A stretch of 64,000 nt of DNA from Chiloscyllium plagiosum (GCF_004010195.1 NC_057718.1:97637300-97701299), one strand, 5' to 3'; positions 37,890 to 51,138 are shown, counted from the stretch's first letter. The notes: generated from the sequence alone by a model not told the origin. Numbers and translations: made by a program.

Positions 37890-38750
37890 CTATCACCCCT
37901 CAATTTAAAGCTGTGTTCCCTCGTGTTAGCCATCACCGTCTGTGGAGAAAGGCTCTCACTGTCCACCCAGTCTAACCCTCTGATTATCTTATATGTCTCA
38001 ATTAAATCATCTCTCAACTTTCTTCTCTCCAACAAAAACAGCCTCAGTTCCCTCAGCCTTTCCTCATAAGACCTTCCTTCCATTCCAGGCAACATCCTGG
38101 TAAATTTTGTCTGAACTCTTTCCAAAGCTTCCACATCGTTCCTATAATGCGGTGACCAGAACTGTATGCAATACTCTCGGTGCAGCCTTACCAGTGTCTT
38201 GTACAGCTGAAGCATGACCTCGTGGCTACGAAACTCAATCCCTCTACCAATAAATGCCAACACACCATATGCCTTCTTAACAACGCTATCAACCTGGGTG
38301 GCAACTTTCAGGGATTTATGCACATGGCCACCGAGATCTCTCCGTTCATCTACACTGCCAAGAATTTTATCAATATCCCAGGACTCTGCATTCCTGTTAC
38401 TTCTTCCAAAGTGAACCACCTCACACTTTTCCGCATGAAACTCCATTTTTCACTTCTCAGCCCAGCTCTGCATCCTACCTATTTCCTACCTATGTCCCAC
38501 AACATCCTTTGGCAATATCCACAACTTTGCCTACCTTACTGTCATCTGCAAGTTTACTAGCCCATCCTTCCACGCCCACATCCAGATCATTTATAAAAAT
38601 GACAAACAGCAGTGGCCCCAAAACAGATCCTTGCGGCACACCACTGCTAACTGAGCTCCAGGATGAACATTCACATCAACCAACACCCTCTGTCTTCTTT
38701 CAGCTCGCCAATTTCTGATCCAGACCGCTAAATCACCTTCAATCCTGAAA
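37890..38750 (-). mobile_element. CR1 fragment (RT C-terminal part)
   Basis: 192-aa ORF MEFHAEKCEVVHFG...REYCIQFWSP. The upstream reverse complement encodes [13 protein letters not shown] and an ADD motif (RT core). Confidence 0.92.
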
Positions 38751-38842
38751 CTCCTTATTGGAAAGTCCAATAACTTCCCTTAATCACAGATTCTAACCAT
38801 CTTCATCTCTTCAAATTTAACTGAGTTCATCGTTTTTAATCA

Positions 38843-38975
38843 GTCCTGATGAAGGGCTTTTGCCCGAAACATCGATTTTCCTACCTCTTGGATGCTGCCT
38901 GACCTGCTGTGCTTTTCCATCACCATTCTAATCTATACTCTGGTTTCCAGCATCTGCAGTCCTCACTTTTGCCTC
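38843..38975 (+). mobile_element. Penelope pLTR fragment (family A), hammerhead with a CpG mutation
   Basis: AGTCCTGATGAAGGGCTTTTGCCCGAAACATCGATT...CCAGCATCTGCAGTCCTCACTTT. Confidence 0.78.
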
Positions 38976-39114
38976 ATCATTTTTAAGGACAAGTTAAATT
39001 AATTTAAGAGATTTGTAGAATTGTAGAACATGACAGTCCATCATGTCTGTGTCAACCATTTGAAAGAGCATTCAATTAGTTCCTCTCCTCTTTCATCTAG
39101 CCCTGCAGCATGGT

Positions 39115-39417
39115 GGGCACGGTGGCTCAGTGGTTAGCACTGCAGCCTCACAGCACCAAGGTCACAGGTTCGATTCCAGCGACTGTCTGTGTGGAGTTTG
39201 CACATTCTCCCTGTGTCTGCCTGGGTTTCTTTTGGGTGCTCTGGTTTCCTCCCACAGTCCAAAGATGTACATATCAGGTGAATTGGCCATGCTAAATTGC
39301 CTGTAGTGTTAGGTAATAGTTAGAGGGTAATAAGACTGGGTGGGTTACTCTTCGGAGGGTCAGTGTGGAGTTTGGCCAACGGACCTGTTTCCACCCTGGA
39401 GGGAATCTAATCTAATC
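39115..39417 (+). mobile_element. HE1-type SINE
   Basis: Head, V-domain and AATCT tail. Confidence 0.87.
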
Positions 39418-39602
39418 GAAAAAAATCCTGCTCAAGTATTCATGTGCACCCATTAGTCCTCATCGTTGTATCTATTTCATTGAGGATGCATCATATTATG
39501 TTGTATGGCACTCTGAACTATTGCCTTAGGTATTTACTAACGACAAGAGGGACAAAGCAAAGCAATTTAATGTGATCAATTGGTTTTTGTAAACCGCTGC
39601 AG

Positions 39603-39822
39603 AGGTGGAAGCCCAGACCGTGGAAGAGCTAAGACAGCAAAAACCATTTGTGAAACTCCAGAAAAAACACTACAAAGAAATGAAGGAACTGGTGAAGAAA
39701 CACCACAAAAAAACCACTGATTTGATCAAAGAACACACTGCAAAATCCAGCGAGTTTCAGAACGAGTATTTAAGGCGCAGGGTACTTCTGGAAAAATCAG
39801 CAAAGCGAGATGGTAAGAGGAG
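39603..39822 (+). CDS. PLCB1: PLCB1 internal coding exon (220 nt, distal CTD coiled coil)
   Basis: ctgcag|AG...AG|gtaggt. Encodes (E)[44 protein letters not shown]...KRDGKR(R). Phase 1/2. Confidence 0.96.
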
Positions 39823-39894
39823 GTAGGTGAATCATTCTCAAATACTTTTGACTGTGGGATTGTGTGTGCTTTCTAACATTGTTCTAACGTGGCT

Positions 39895-40138
39895 GGCACG
39901 GTGGCTCAGTGGTTAGCACTGCTCCCTCACAGCACCAGGGAGCTGTCTGTGTGGAGTTTGCATGTTCTCCCTGTGTCTGCGTGGGTTTCCTCCCACAGTC
40001 ACAATGATGTGCAGGTCTGGTGAATTGCCCATCGTGTTAGGTGTCTTAGTCAGAGGGAAGTGGGTCTGGGTGGGTTACTTTGTGGAGATTCGGTGTGGAC
40101 TCGAAGGGCCTGTTTCTGTACTGTAGGTTATCTAATCT
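39895..40138 (+). mobile_element. HE1-type SINE (deleted)
   Basis: Head, V-domain and tail. Confidence 0.8.
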
Positions 40139-41454
40139 TGCCTAAACATTTTCCCCCAAAATGAATTAAATCTTTGTTAACCTATGTTAAAATAATTTTA
40201 AGGAGTGTGGGTTTGGAAATGCCTTTGTTGTAGTTTGCTTCTACAGTAATGAAAAGCAATAACTCCTTTTTATTTTAAATTCCTGGGATATCCATTGAGT
40301 CTTTTCTGCATTGTTAAAACTGACCGCTCACTGTTTCCCTCACATAAGCAGCACAGGCAGCTGCTGAGTGTTGGAAATGGGAAGATACTTTACAAGCTGT
40401 TAGAAAATGAGATGAAGTCTTTTTGTGGGAATTTCAGAGGAATTGTCCGAACTCCCAACCGGCCTTCCCGGAAACAATTTGTCTCAGAAGTTTGTTTCAA
40501 ATCCGTCTCGCGGCCGCACTTGAACATCAGACTCTTGAGGGATGATACATCAGGCACATTAAACGGTCACATTGCAGATTCACAGCATGAGATGAATCTT
40601 GTGAGTCAGCACAGGGTAATAAAAGTTTCCCTAGATTGAAATGAAGAGTAGGAACTGACTACGTGGATGAATGGATGGATGAATCTCCAAGTAATTGCTT
40701 CGCTGAGCTGCTGTCTCAGTTTCCATCCCAAGTTTTTCCACAGCACAGGTTCTATTGTAAACTCCACCCCAGACTTGCAAGTAATGGCAGAGTAGACAGC
40801 ATCCCTTTAGAGAAAGGGATACCACCCAAAAGGGAGAGGGATTAACATGAATGTGCGGATTTAGATGAAGTACTGTTGGGTGGGCTGGTTTGGATCTTGC
40901 TGTGCAAGGGAGCTGCAGAGAGCCCTTCACAGTTAGTCCACACTCTGTTATGCTTGTAATGACATGGACACTCCACCCCGTCAGCATCAGTGAATCCTCT
41001 CAAACAGCGATTGACTGGTAACATCACCGTGGCAGTTTAAGCAAATGTTTCTTTGCTGGTTTTGGAAATAAATGCAAAGTGCCCCACAGTTGTCTGGCGG
41101 TGATGTCACTGGGTTTATACTCCAGAAGCCACACCTCTGCTTCTGGGAATAGGGGTTTCTAATCCGACCACTGCACTTGGTGGAATTTTAAATAATTCTG
41201 GAAGATAAAGTTCCAGTGACAGTGGCCATGAGAATGATCACCGATTGTTGTGTATTTCCAAGTCGGGATGATGGGAAGCCTGGCGGAGAACTGCAGCTGG
41301 TGGTGTTCCCAGGAATCTGCTGCCCTTGTCCTTCTCAGCGCAGAGTTGGACTGGTTAGCTTTGAAAATGGGAAACTCTGAGAATTGCTAGTGCAGGTACA
41401 GGTGTCGATTCCCTTCAGCTAACGGGGTTGTACACCCAGGGCAACACCTTGATC

Positions 41455-41940
41455 CTAGAGATGAGGGGTTTGTTGTATGAGGAGAGAGATTGAACAGTTT
41501 AGGCCCAAACTCTCTGGAATTCAGACAAATGAGGGGAGATCAAATTGAGGTATTCAAGATGATGAAAGGTGTGGATGAAGTAGACGTGGAGTGGATGCTT
41601 CTTCTTGTGGGGCATTCTAGGACGAGAGGTCATTGTCTTAGGTTAAGGGGGAGCAAATTTAAAACAGAGTTGAGGAGAAACTACCTCTCCCAAAAGGAAT
41701 TGCTGCCTGTACCTCCCAAAGGGTTGTGCGTCTGTGGAATTTGCTACCCCAAACTGCGGTGGACAGAGAGTAAATTTAAGGAGGAGTTGGACAGATTTTT
41801 AATTGGTGATGGGTTGAAGGGTTATAGGATGAAGGCAGGAAAGTGAGGGTGAGGAACATATCAGCCATGATGGAATGGTGGAGCAGGCTCAATGGGCAGA
41901 ATGGTCTAATTCTACTCCTATATTTTATGAACTTATGAAA
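41455..41940 (+). mobile_element. CR1 3' fragment
   Basis: SLEFRQMRGDQIEVFKMMKG...RTRGHCLRLRGSKFKTELRRNY. Confidence 0.87.
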
Positions 41941-42115
41941 TGAACTACAAGCTCAGGCATCTGATGGATGCCAAGGCCTCAAGGGAAAAACGTTCCAAAA
42001 GCACGATTGATAACTTCATCTCATTCTAATATTGTCAAACTTGCATTTTTAAATGTTTTTAGGACCTTTTAATTTTAGAGCCTCAGTCAACAGTGGTGGG
42101 GGGAATAATTACTGA

Positions 42116-42338
42116 TTGGACAAAGTCAGAAGTCACACAACACCAGGTTACAGTCCAACAGGTTTATTTGAATTCACAGGCTTTCAGAGTGCTGCTCCTT
42201 TATCAGTTTATTTCACGTGATGGAGGAGCAGCACTCTGAAAGCTTGTAATTTCAAATAAACCTGCTGGACTATAACCTGGTGTCATGTGACTTCTGACTT
42301 TGTCCACCCCAATCCACCACCAGCACCTCCACGTCATG
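42116..42338. mobile_element. palindromic mini-element (family B), older copy
   Basis: GGACAAAGTCAGAAGTCAC...CTTTCAGAGTGCTGCTCC is mirrored by GGAGCAGCACTCTGAAAG...GTGACTTCTGACTTTGTCC. Hammerhead cores decayed. Confidence 0.8.
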
Positions 42339-42837
42339 ACTGCACAATAACTGCAGAGTAGAATTTTAGTTTGTTTGTCCTTCTTATTTATTTAACTGGA
42401 AGCTGATTGAGAATGGTCTCTTGTCTGATTTTTAATATGATTTGAGTTATTATTGTCACATGTACCGAGATACAGTGAAATGTATTGTTTTGCGTGCTAA
42501 CCAGACAAATCAAACGTTACGTAAGTAAATCAGGCTAATAGAACAGAATATAGTGTTACAGCTACAGAGACAGAGCAGAGAAAGATCAACTCTAATGTAT
42601 GAGAGGTCTGTTTATAAGTCTGATAACAGCAGGGAAGAGACTGTGCTTGAATCTGAGCTGGTGGTTTCTAAGCTGGCTCATGATTGAATGATTTGTTTAA
42701 TGGTATCCCTTTTAGTTGCCATTTGTTTTATTAGGAAAAATAAAGTCTGAGTTAATTGGATGTAGCTGGAAGACAGAAGCTTGTGCATAATCAACATGGT
42801 ACATTATACAGGATCAAGGAAGTGAGATATTACAATA

Positions 42838-43200
42838 TCGAGAGTGTGGTGCCAGAAACGCACAGCCAGTCAGTCAGCATCCGAGGAGCAGGAAAATCGA
42901 CGTTTCAGGCATAATCCCTTCATCAGGAATGAGGCTTGTGGGTCAGGGCGAGAGATAAATGGGAGGGGCTTGGCGTTGGGGAGATAGCTGGGAAAGCAAT
43001 AGGTGGATAAAAGTGAGGGAGAAGGTGATAGGTCAGAGAGGGGAGTGATGGACAGGTCTGGAGGGCAGCACCGAGTTGGAGGATTGGGACTGGGATAATG
43101 TGGGGGGGAGGGGAAATAAGGAAGCTGTTGAAATCCACACTTATGCCGTGTGGTTGCAGGGTCCCAAGGCGGAATATGAGGCGTTCCTCCTCCAGGCGTT
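42838..43200 (-). mobile_element. Penelope-like 3' end with pLTR and hammerhead
   Basis: RLEEERLIFRLGTLQPHGISVDF followed by CCTGATGAAGGGATTATGCCTGAAACGTCGA. This physically links family A to GIY-YIG elements. Confidence 0.88.
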
Positions 43201-43699
43201 GGAGGCATGGGACTGGGATTATTACAACTTGACTCATCAACCTTTGTGTGGATGAGAGGCCACAGTCTCTACTTAATGTATTACCAGCACTCGTCGTATC
43301 TTTGCTCAAGGATTACCCAATTAAACACTGCTTGACTAGGATAGAGACCGATGCTCTGTGATATTATGTTGCTCAGTTGAAGTTAAAGTGCTTTCAAATT
43401 GCTGTCAAGCCAGTCCTGGATGAGTTCATTCAATCAGCTAACTTTAGAGAAGATGCCTTGTTCTGGTCAATTACTTTTTCAGTGTAATCAGCGAAGTCAA
43501 TGAGTAGATAACCCTGCGTCAGTTTTTCCTCTCCCTGGCACAGCTTCTCTGTACGTTTCAAATGACTGCGTTTGTTTCTTCAAAATCTTCCCATCATGTG
43601 ACACAAACAGTCCAGTTTTCTCATTTTAGAAGCATGTCATACCACAGTTTCAAATTAAGGCAACTCTCATTTGAGACAGAGATGAGGAGCAGATTCTTT

Positions 43700-44085
43700 T
43701 TTTTAACCTACTCACAGGACATGGGCGTCATTACCTGGGCCAGCATTTATTGTTCATCTCTGTTTGCCTTTGAGAAGGTGGTGGTGAGCTGCCCTCTTGA
43801 ACTGCTGCCCTCCACTTGCTGCAGATAGAGCCACAGTGCCTTTAGTTGGGGGGGGGCTGCAGAGGGTGGGGAGGGGTAAGTTCCTGGATTTTGACCCAGT
43901 GACACTGAAGGAACAGCAATATATTTTCAAGTCAGGATGGTGAGTGACTTGGAGGGAAACTTGTCCTTCTAGATGGAAGTGATTGTGGGTTTGGAAGGTG
44001 CTGTCTGAGGATCTTTGGTAGATTTTTGCAGTGCATCTTGTAGATGGTGGACATTGCAACTAGTGAGCATTGGTATTGGAGGGAA
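43700..44085 (-). mobile_element. SINE/LINE 3' fragment of the second family
   Basis: Tail GGGCCAGCATTTATTG...GAGAAGGTGGTGGTGAGCTGCC; also at 49915-50085. Confidence 0.55.
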
Positions 44086-45383
44086 GTTTATTGAATGTCT
44101 GTTTATTGACAAGGATGTGGAGGGTCATGAATGACAGACAGGAAAGTGGAGTCAAAACAGCCGTGATCTTGCAGGGCGTAGATGCGGGAAGGATGATTGT
44201 CCTGGCTTGCACAGTTGCTCTTAAAAGACGGGGTACAATCTCAGAATAAGAGATAGGGCCACTGAGGACTGAGATGAGGAGGAACGTCTTCAGTCTAGGG
44301 TGGTCATTTTTGGAATTCTCTCATGCAGAGTACTGTGGGGGCTCAATCACGTTGAAGACATTAATAGGTATCTGTCTATTGAAAGGTATCAAAGGGTGAT
44401 GTGGGGAAATGACATTGAAGTCAATGGCAGTCCATGATCTAACTGATGGGTGGAGCAGGCTTGATGGGCCAAATGGCCTTCTCCTGTTTCTCTATCCTAC
44501 TTCCTAACATATTGCCTGGCGAGGCACGCCCAAATGGCTTATCTCTGCTGTAAGAAAAGCAAAATACTGCAGATGCTGGAAATCCAAAACAAACATGGAG
44601 AATGTTGGACAAACTGAGCAGGCGTCTGTGGAGAAAGGAACAGAGTCGCTTCTGGTCTGAGTCTCCTTCAGACTCCTTCATAAAAGGGTCATACCAGACT
44701 TGGGCTGTTAATTACTGGGCACTGGGTTAAGAGTAGCAGGGACACAGACAGGGTCTTCATGCGGGTTGTACTGAAGGACAGGGAAGTGGATGGCCCAGTG
44801 TTTAAACGGTAACTAGGGTGATCGGGAGTGCCAGCCATGCTGGTTGTGTGTGTGGAGGGGTTGGGATACAACACTGTGGCTTTGTGGCATCACATCGCTG
44901 GTGCAGGGCGATGCTAGATTGCCAATGTTTGCCTGGATGCACAGTGAGCCTCTCAATGATGACACAGACTCAAGGGCTGTCTGTCCTTCACTGGAACAGA
45001 CAAGCAGGAAGCTGGAAAAACACAGCAAGCCAGACAGCATCAGCAGGTGGAGAAGTCAATGTTTCAGGTATAACCTTTCTTCAGAACTGGGGTTGGGTGT
45101 GGGGAGAGCTGCAGATAAAGGGGTGGTTGGAGGCAGGGTAGTGAAGTGGGGATAGGTGAAGACAGGTAGAGGGTACGATCTGGTTGATCAATGGGAGGAA
45201 TTAATCCGCTTGGTGGCAGAGAGCAGTGGAAGGGAGGGGGAGGGGCTGGGAAGGGAGATTATTTGAAATTAGAGAACTCAACTTTGAGTCCTCCAGGCTG
45301 CCCAAGCGGAAGGTGAGATGTTGTCCCTCCAATTTGCAGTTTGGTTCGTTGTGGCAATGGAGGAGGCCAAGGACAGTCATATG

Positions 45384-45696
45384 ATTAGATTCCCTACAGT
45401 GTGAAAAAGAGGCCTTTCAGCCCAACCAGTCCACACCGATCCACCAAAGAGTAACCCACCCAGACCCATTTCCCTCTGTCTAATTCATCTAGCTCGATGG
45501 GCAACTTAGCATGGCCAATTCACCTAACCTGCATATCTTTGAAATGTGGGAGGAAACCAGAGCACCCAGAGGAAACCCACACAGACACGGGGAGAATGTG
45601 CAAACTCCACACAGTCAGTCGCCCAAGGCTGGAATTAAACCTTGGACCCTGGTGCTGTGAGGCAGCAGTGCTAACCATTGAGCCACCGTGCCACCC
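45384..45696 (-). mobile_element. HE1-type SINE
   Basis: Reverse-complement full copy. Confidence 0.88.
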
Positions 45697-45708
45697 CAAT
45701 GTAGCAGC

Positions 45709-45780
45709 CTCTCCGGTGGGGAATTGAACCCCGGACTCCCACGTGACAGGCAGGGATACTAACCACTATACTACCAAGGA
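45709..45780 (-). pseudogene. tRNA-Asp(GTC) pseudogene
   Basis: 72 nt TCCTTGGTAGTATAGTGGTTAGTATCCCTGCCTGTCACGTGGGAGTCCGGGGTTCAATTCCCCACCGGAGAG. C-A mismatches in the acceptor and T stems and several CpG transitions. Confidence 0.85.
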
Positions 45781-46184
45781 CTGGATTTGAAAGGGAGTGG
45801 GAAGGAGAATTGAAATGGGCGTCCTTCACTGTATAGCCACTGAGTGGTGAATTGTTGTCAGAAAAACAGGGTTAGGGCCAGATGTGAGGGATGCCGTAGA
45901 GGCAGGGTTGGTGGTTAGTAAGGAACGTTTGGTCAGGCATGGAGAAAAATGTTGCGAGGTCTCATATCTCTCCAAAAACCCAACACAGCTAACCAAAAGA
46001 AAATGTAAGATCCAGCCAGAAATGAGCCTTGTAGGACAGGGGACGTTTTGCTTAAGCAGTGTATTGGAAGGAATAAGGTAATTTCAGCCCATGTTTCCTT
46101 CCTGGGGGCACATTGTCCCCATTGTGTGAACAAGCTGGGAAAGAACATGGGGTGACACTTGGAATCTTAGAACCCCTGTCCCTG

Positions 46185-47130
46185 GATGTAGGTTTGCTCG
46201 CTGAGCTGGAGTGTTCATTTCCAGACGTTTCATCACCCTACTAAGGAACATCTTCAGTGGGCCACAGGCGAAGCAATGCTGAAAATTCCTACTTTCTATT
46301 TATATGTTTGGGTTTCTTTGGGTTGGTAATTTCATTTCCTGTGGTGATGTCATTTCCTGTGGTGATGTCATTTCCTGCTTTTTTTCTCAGGGGGTGGTAG
46401 ATGGGGTCTATCTCGATATGTTTGTTGATAGAGTTCCGATTGGAATGCCATGCATTTAGGAATTCTCGTGTGTGTCTCTGTTTGGCTTGTCCCTGGATGG
46501 ATGTGTTGTCCCAGTCAAAATGGTGTCCTTCCTCATCCATATGTAAGGATACTAGTGAGAGAGGGTCATGTCGTTTTGTGGCTAGTTGGTGGCTAGTTTT
46601 CTGCCTGTTTGTCCAATGTAGTGTTTGTTACAGTCCTTGCATGGTATTTTGTAAATGACATTAGTTTTGCTTGTTGTCGGTATAGAGTCTTTCAAGTTCA
46701 TTAGCTGCTGTTTTAGTGTGTTGGTGGGTTTGTGAAAGACACTAAACAGGCAACAAGCAAAACTAATATCATTCACAAAATACCGTGCAAGAACTATAAC
46801 AAACACTACATTGGACAAACAGGCAAAAAACTAGCCACCAAGGATACATGAACATCAACTAGCCACAAAACGGCATGATCCTCTGTCACTAGTATCCTCA
46901 CATACGGATGAGGAAAGACACCACTTTGACTGGGACAACACATCCATCCTGGGACAAGCCAACCAGAGACACACACGAGAATTCATGGAAACATGGCATT
47001 CCAACCGGAACTCAATCAACAACCACATCGGGTTAGACCCCATCTACCACCCCCTGAGAAAAAGAACAGGAAATGATGTCACCACAGGAAATGACATTAC
47101 CAACCCAAAGAAACCCAAACTTGTCATTGA
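46185..47130. mobile_element. Penelope-like element with inverted GIY-YIG arms
   Basis: Minus arm ~46185-46735 (NVIYKIPCKDCNKHYIGQTGRKL; HHFDWDNTSI...REFLNAWHS). Plus arm ~46738-47130 covers the same segment. Hammerhead-like CTGAAGA...GAAACGTC on the minus strand at ~46215-46260. Confidence 0.9.
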
Positions 47131-47999
47131 GAAGCCAATAGGGAACCATGAGCTTGCCAAGCCCCCCGTAATTCCAAAATGGTGCAAAGTTTGAAAATAT
47201 TCCTGTTCTTTCCAGTGTGTCAATGTACGTCAGCTCTCGCAATACGCCACAGGACTCAATATTAAGTTACATTTTAAATCGTAATCCTCCATTTCGCAGT
47301 TAATTCCAGTATAAAGGGGAAGAGCTTAGTGTGAGCCCAATCCCATTCACTTTTTTAATGAATCGAACTGATGTATCAGGACTCGAAAAGGTGACTCAAA
47401 TACTTCTATATTTTGGTGGTTTCCCTGCGATGCAGCCCCGCCTAGTGGCCAAGCACCCCCTCTCAGATTTACATACAGAGACCTGTGGAGTCTTGCAAAA
47501 AGACACAGCTCTTGTGCATTGGCATCAGCCGTAGACACCCACGCACCCACCATTGGCAATGTGGCAGCTGTAAATTCAAACATGCATGATATTCCCAATC
47601 ACTGATGAAGGCCCTGTCTTCGTGTTGGCCACAACTTGGCCTGGTGCTAAATTTATTAATGATCTTTCAATCCTTGATGTGAGGGGATCCAAACAATTCT
47701 GCTGTCTCCAAAACTCAGCTGCTGGTGAGTGATACTAAGTTGCCTTTTGCCCTGTTAGAAAATGGATGATTCGAGGAAGGATAGAACAGGTGCCTAATGA
47801 CTAATGTTGAATGTGCACCATGCCTTTAAGAGAGTTCACCATTAGAGTTCCATATGCTGTGTGTATGCAATGTTGCAACTCTGCCTGCTACTCCATTTCC
47901 CAGCTGTCCTGTAATATCTGCTTCTTAACTTATAATGTGTTCAACTATGATTTGTTATGGTAATGATTTTGAATGATTGGACTGAACTGTGGGAGGCAT

Positions 48000-48810
48000 C
48001 ATTGGGATATTTGTAGATGAATCAAAAATTGACTGTGTTGTTGATAGTGAAAAGGACACCGGCTGACTCCAGAATATGATTGGTGGTTTAGCTGGGCAGA
48101 AAAATGGTTAATGGAGTTCAGTATGGAGAAGCTTGAGGTAATACATTTGGGGAGGGTAAACAAAACTCAGAAGTGCACAATAAACAGGAGGACATTGGGA
48201 AAGAAGTGCACAGGACTTGTCCTTGAAGGTATAAGGATGGATGGCTAAGGGTAAAAAGAGCATGTCAAGTGCTTTCCTTCGTTGGACAAGGTATAGAAAA
48301 CAAAACCAGGGATGTGGTCCTGGAACTGGTTTGACCCCAGCTGGCGATTTGTGTTGAGTTCTGGTCACTGCATTATCGAAAGGACATAATCATTCTAGAG
48401 AGAGGACAGGGGAGATTTATGAGAATATTGGTCAATCTTGAAAGCTGTAGCATTGAGGACAGATTGCTTGTTGTTTTCCTTAGAGGCTGACGGTTTAATT
48501 CAATTTAATTATTTAATTAAAGTGTACAATGTAATGAGCAGTCCAAGTAGAGTGGATAGGACAGACTTGTTTTGCCCAGCAAAGCATTTAGTTACCAGGA
48601 GACACAGACTGAAGGTGTTTGCTAGAGGATTAGAGGAGATTTGAGGGAAAACTTGTTCACCCAGAAGGTGGTGTGTGTCTGGAATTTGCTGCTCCTGAAG
48701 TGCTGGAACCAGCAAGGCTACAGGACGGGTACTGGAAACTGGGATCAGAATGGGCATCCATTTCTTCCTCTCAGTCAGTCCCTATGGGTGAAATGGACTC
48801 TTCTGTGTGC
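48000..48810 (+). mobile_element. old CR1 fragment
   Basis: Degenerate F.D..K...; ENLFTQKVVCVWNLL. Confidence 0.7.
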
Positions 48811-48997
48811 CCTAACACTTCTGTGGTCCTGCAACACCATGTTCTTTAACATAGCCGCGTTATCACTCATTATTCATCCAGCGAGTTACAATTAGCACCA
48901 TTGATCCTTGAGCGATTTTGATGAGTTTGCACGTGCTCCCTTTAATAAACAGGCCACCTTAAACCAGGGTTGGGGGAGGACAAAGCAAGAGGGATTA

Positions 48998-49212
48998 GGC
49001 AAAGTCAGAAGTCACAGGACCACAGGCTATAATCCAACAGGTTATTTAAATTCACAAGCTTTCAGAGCACTGCTCCTTCATGAAAACTCCGCCTGACAAC
49101 AGAGCAGCACTCTGAAAGCTTGTGATTTTAAATGAACCTGTTGGACTATAACCTGTTGCCCTGTGACTTCTGACTTTGTCCACCCCAGTCCAACACCGGA
49201 AACTTCACATCA
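48998..49212. mobile_element. palindromic mini-element (family B), older copy, inserted in a CR1 tail
   Basis: CAAAGTCAGAAGTCACAGG...AGCTTTCAGAGCACTGCTC is mirrored by GAGCAGCACTCTGAAAGCT...GTGACTTCTGACTTTG. Confidence 0.8.
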
Positions 49213-49497
49213 TACAGGGCATAGGTTTAAGTTGAGAGGGGAAAGATTTAAAAGGGATCTCTCAGGGGCAAACTTTTTCATGCAGAGGGTGGTTTGTGTA
49301 TGGAATGAGGAAGTGGGGGACGCTGGTACAATTACAACATTTAAAAGGCATCTAGATGGGTATATGAATAGGAAGGGTTTGGAGGGATATGGGCCAAACG
49401 CTGGCAAACAGGACTAGATTAATTTAGGATATCTAGTCAGCATGGATGAGTTGGACCAAAAGGGTCTGTTTCCATGCTGTACATCTCTCTGACTCTA
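49213..49497 (+). mobile_element. CR1/HER1 3' end
   Basis: GHRFKLRGERFKRDL...FFMQRVVCVWNE. Confidence 0.87.
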
Positions 49498-50482
49498 TAA
49501 TCCATCCTTTACTCTTCCAGATGCTGTCAGATCTGCTTTATCTTTCAAGTATTTTCTCCTTGAGCTGCAGATTTCCAGTTTGTCTCCTTTGGTGAATCCC
49601 CCATGGTTGTGTATTTGTGTAACTGATGAGTTCACCATATTTACTTGTCCTGTCTCCACTTTTGTTTGGCACTTGTTGCTGTTCTCTTCAGTGCCTGTCA
49701 AACTGTTTCAAAGGGATCAGAATGAATCAGCTGATGTTAAGAATAACCACGTGCCTTCCTCAAGCACCGCAAAACAGCACACAATGATTGGCAAAAACGG
49801 GATCAGACTATCTTTGAAGTTAAGCAATTTAAGGAGACATCGGTAAAGATGGGGAAGAATTCATGGAGTATCTTAAAGAGAGAGAGAGATACAAAGGCAG
49901 AGAGGATTTTTTTTCCTTCTATTCACTCCCGCGATGTGACTGGGTCAACAATTTTTATTGGCCGTCCCTAGTTGCCCCTTGAGGAGGTGGTGGCGAGCTG
50001 ACTTCTTGAACCGCCGTCGTCCATGTGCTATTCATGGACCCATTAGGGAGGGAATTCCAGGATTTTGACACAGCGACAGTGACGTGAAGTTAGAAAATAC
50101 CTGAGTTCAGGGTCTAGGTGGCTGAAGGAGCACCCACTAATGGTGAAGTGATGGAAATCGGGTGCAGCGGGGGGAAGGGAAACCAGACTTGGAGCAGTGC
50201 AGGTCAATTGGAAAGGCCTGCAGAGATGCACCGTGCCACAGAGACAGACAAGGATGGCAGAAAAGGGATTGGAAAACATGAATGAGGATTCTTAGAGGCT
50301 AAACTAGGCAGGAACCTCTCGTATCATTTGAATATTTTAAACAATCATTTTCTTCAATTAACAAGGAAATATTCACAATGTTGGATATGCAGGGCATCAG
50401 TGGCTGGGAAACATAAAAGATAATTAGGAAATGCCAGTCACAACAAGAGAAAATTGACTCTTCTTTTGACTGGGTCTTTGTA

Positions 50483-50822
50483 GCACGGTGGCTCGGTGGT
50501 TAACACTGCTGCCTCACAGTGCCAGGCACCCACATTCAATTCCAGCCTCAGGTGACTGTGTGGAGTTTGCATGTTCTCCCTGTGTCCATGTGGATTTCCT
50601 CTGGGTGCTCTGGCTTCCTCCCACAGTCCAAAGATGTGCAAGTTTGTTGGATTGGCCATGCTAAAATTGTGCATTGTGTTCAGGGATGTGTAGGCTAGGT
50701 GCATTAGTTAGGGGTAAATGTATAGTAGTAAGGGAATGGGTCTGGGTGGGTTATTCTTCGGAAGGTTGGTCTGGACTTGTAAAGCTGAATGGCCTGTTTC
50801 CACACTGTAGAGATTCTATGAT
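50483..50822 (+). mobile_element. HE1-type SINE
   Basis: Head, V-domain and tail. Confidence 0.86.
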
Positions 50823-51138
50823 TTGAGCTGAGTGAAACAAAGAGTCCTTAGGTTCATCTTTGTCTATCAGAGAAGGAGCAAGTTGTTGCTGGTGTTGAAG
50901 TCTGTACTGAAGACAACCAATGCTGGAGATCACAGTGGGTCAGGCAGCATCCATGGAGAGAGAGCAAGCTAAGGTTTCGAGTCGCGATGACTCTTCAGAG
51001 CATGCCAATTGAGGTATTCTGCATGTATGATACAGTCTCAAATATCGACAAACAGGCACAAAGAAAAATATTTAGAGATTTTTTTTACTTTGGTGTGAAA
51101 ATGTGGACATGACACGGTTTCTCTTTTTGAACTGACAG

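Larger units (their letters stand above)
44995..45822 (-). mobile_element. Penelope-like 3' fragment interrupted by an HE1 + tRNA block
   Basis: pLTR at 44995-45090. GIY-YIG C-terminal remnant at 45260-45383 continues at 45781-45822. Confidence 0.7.
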
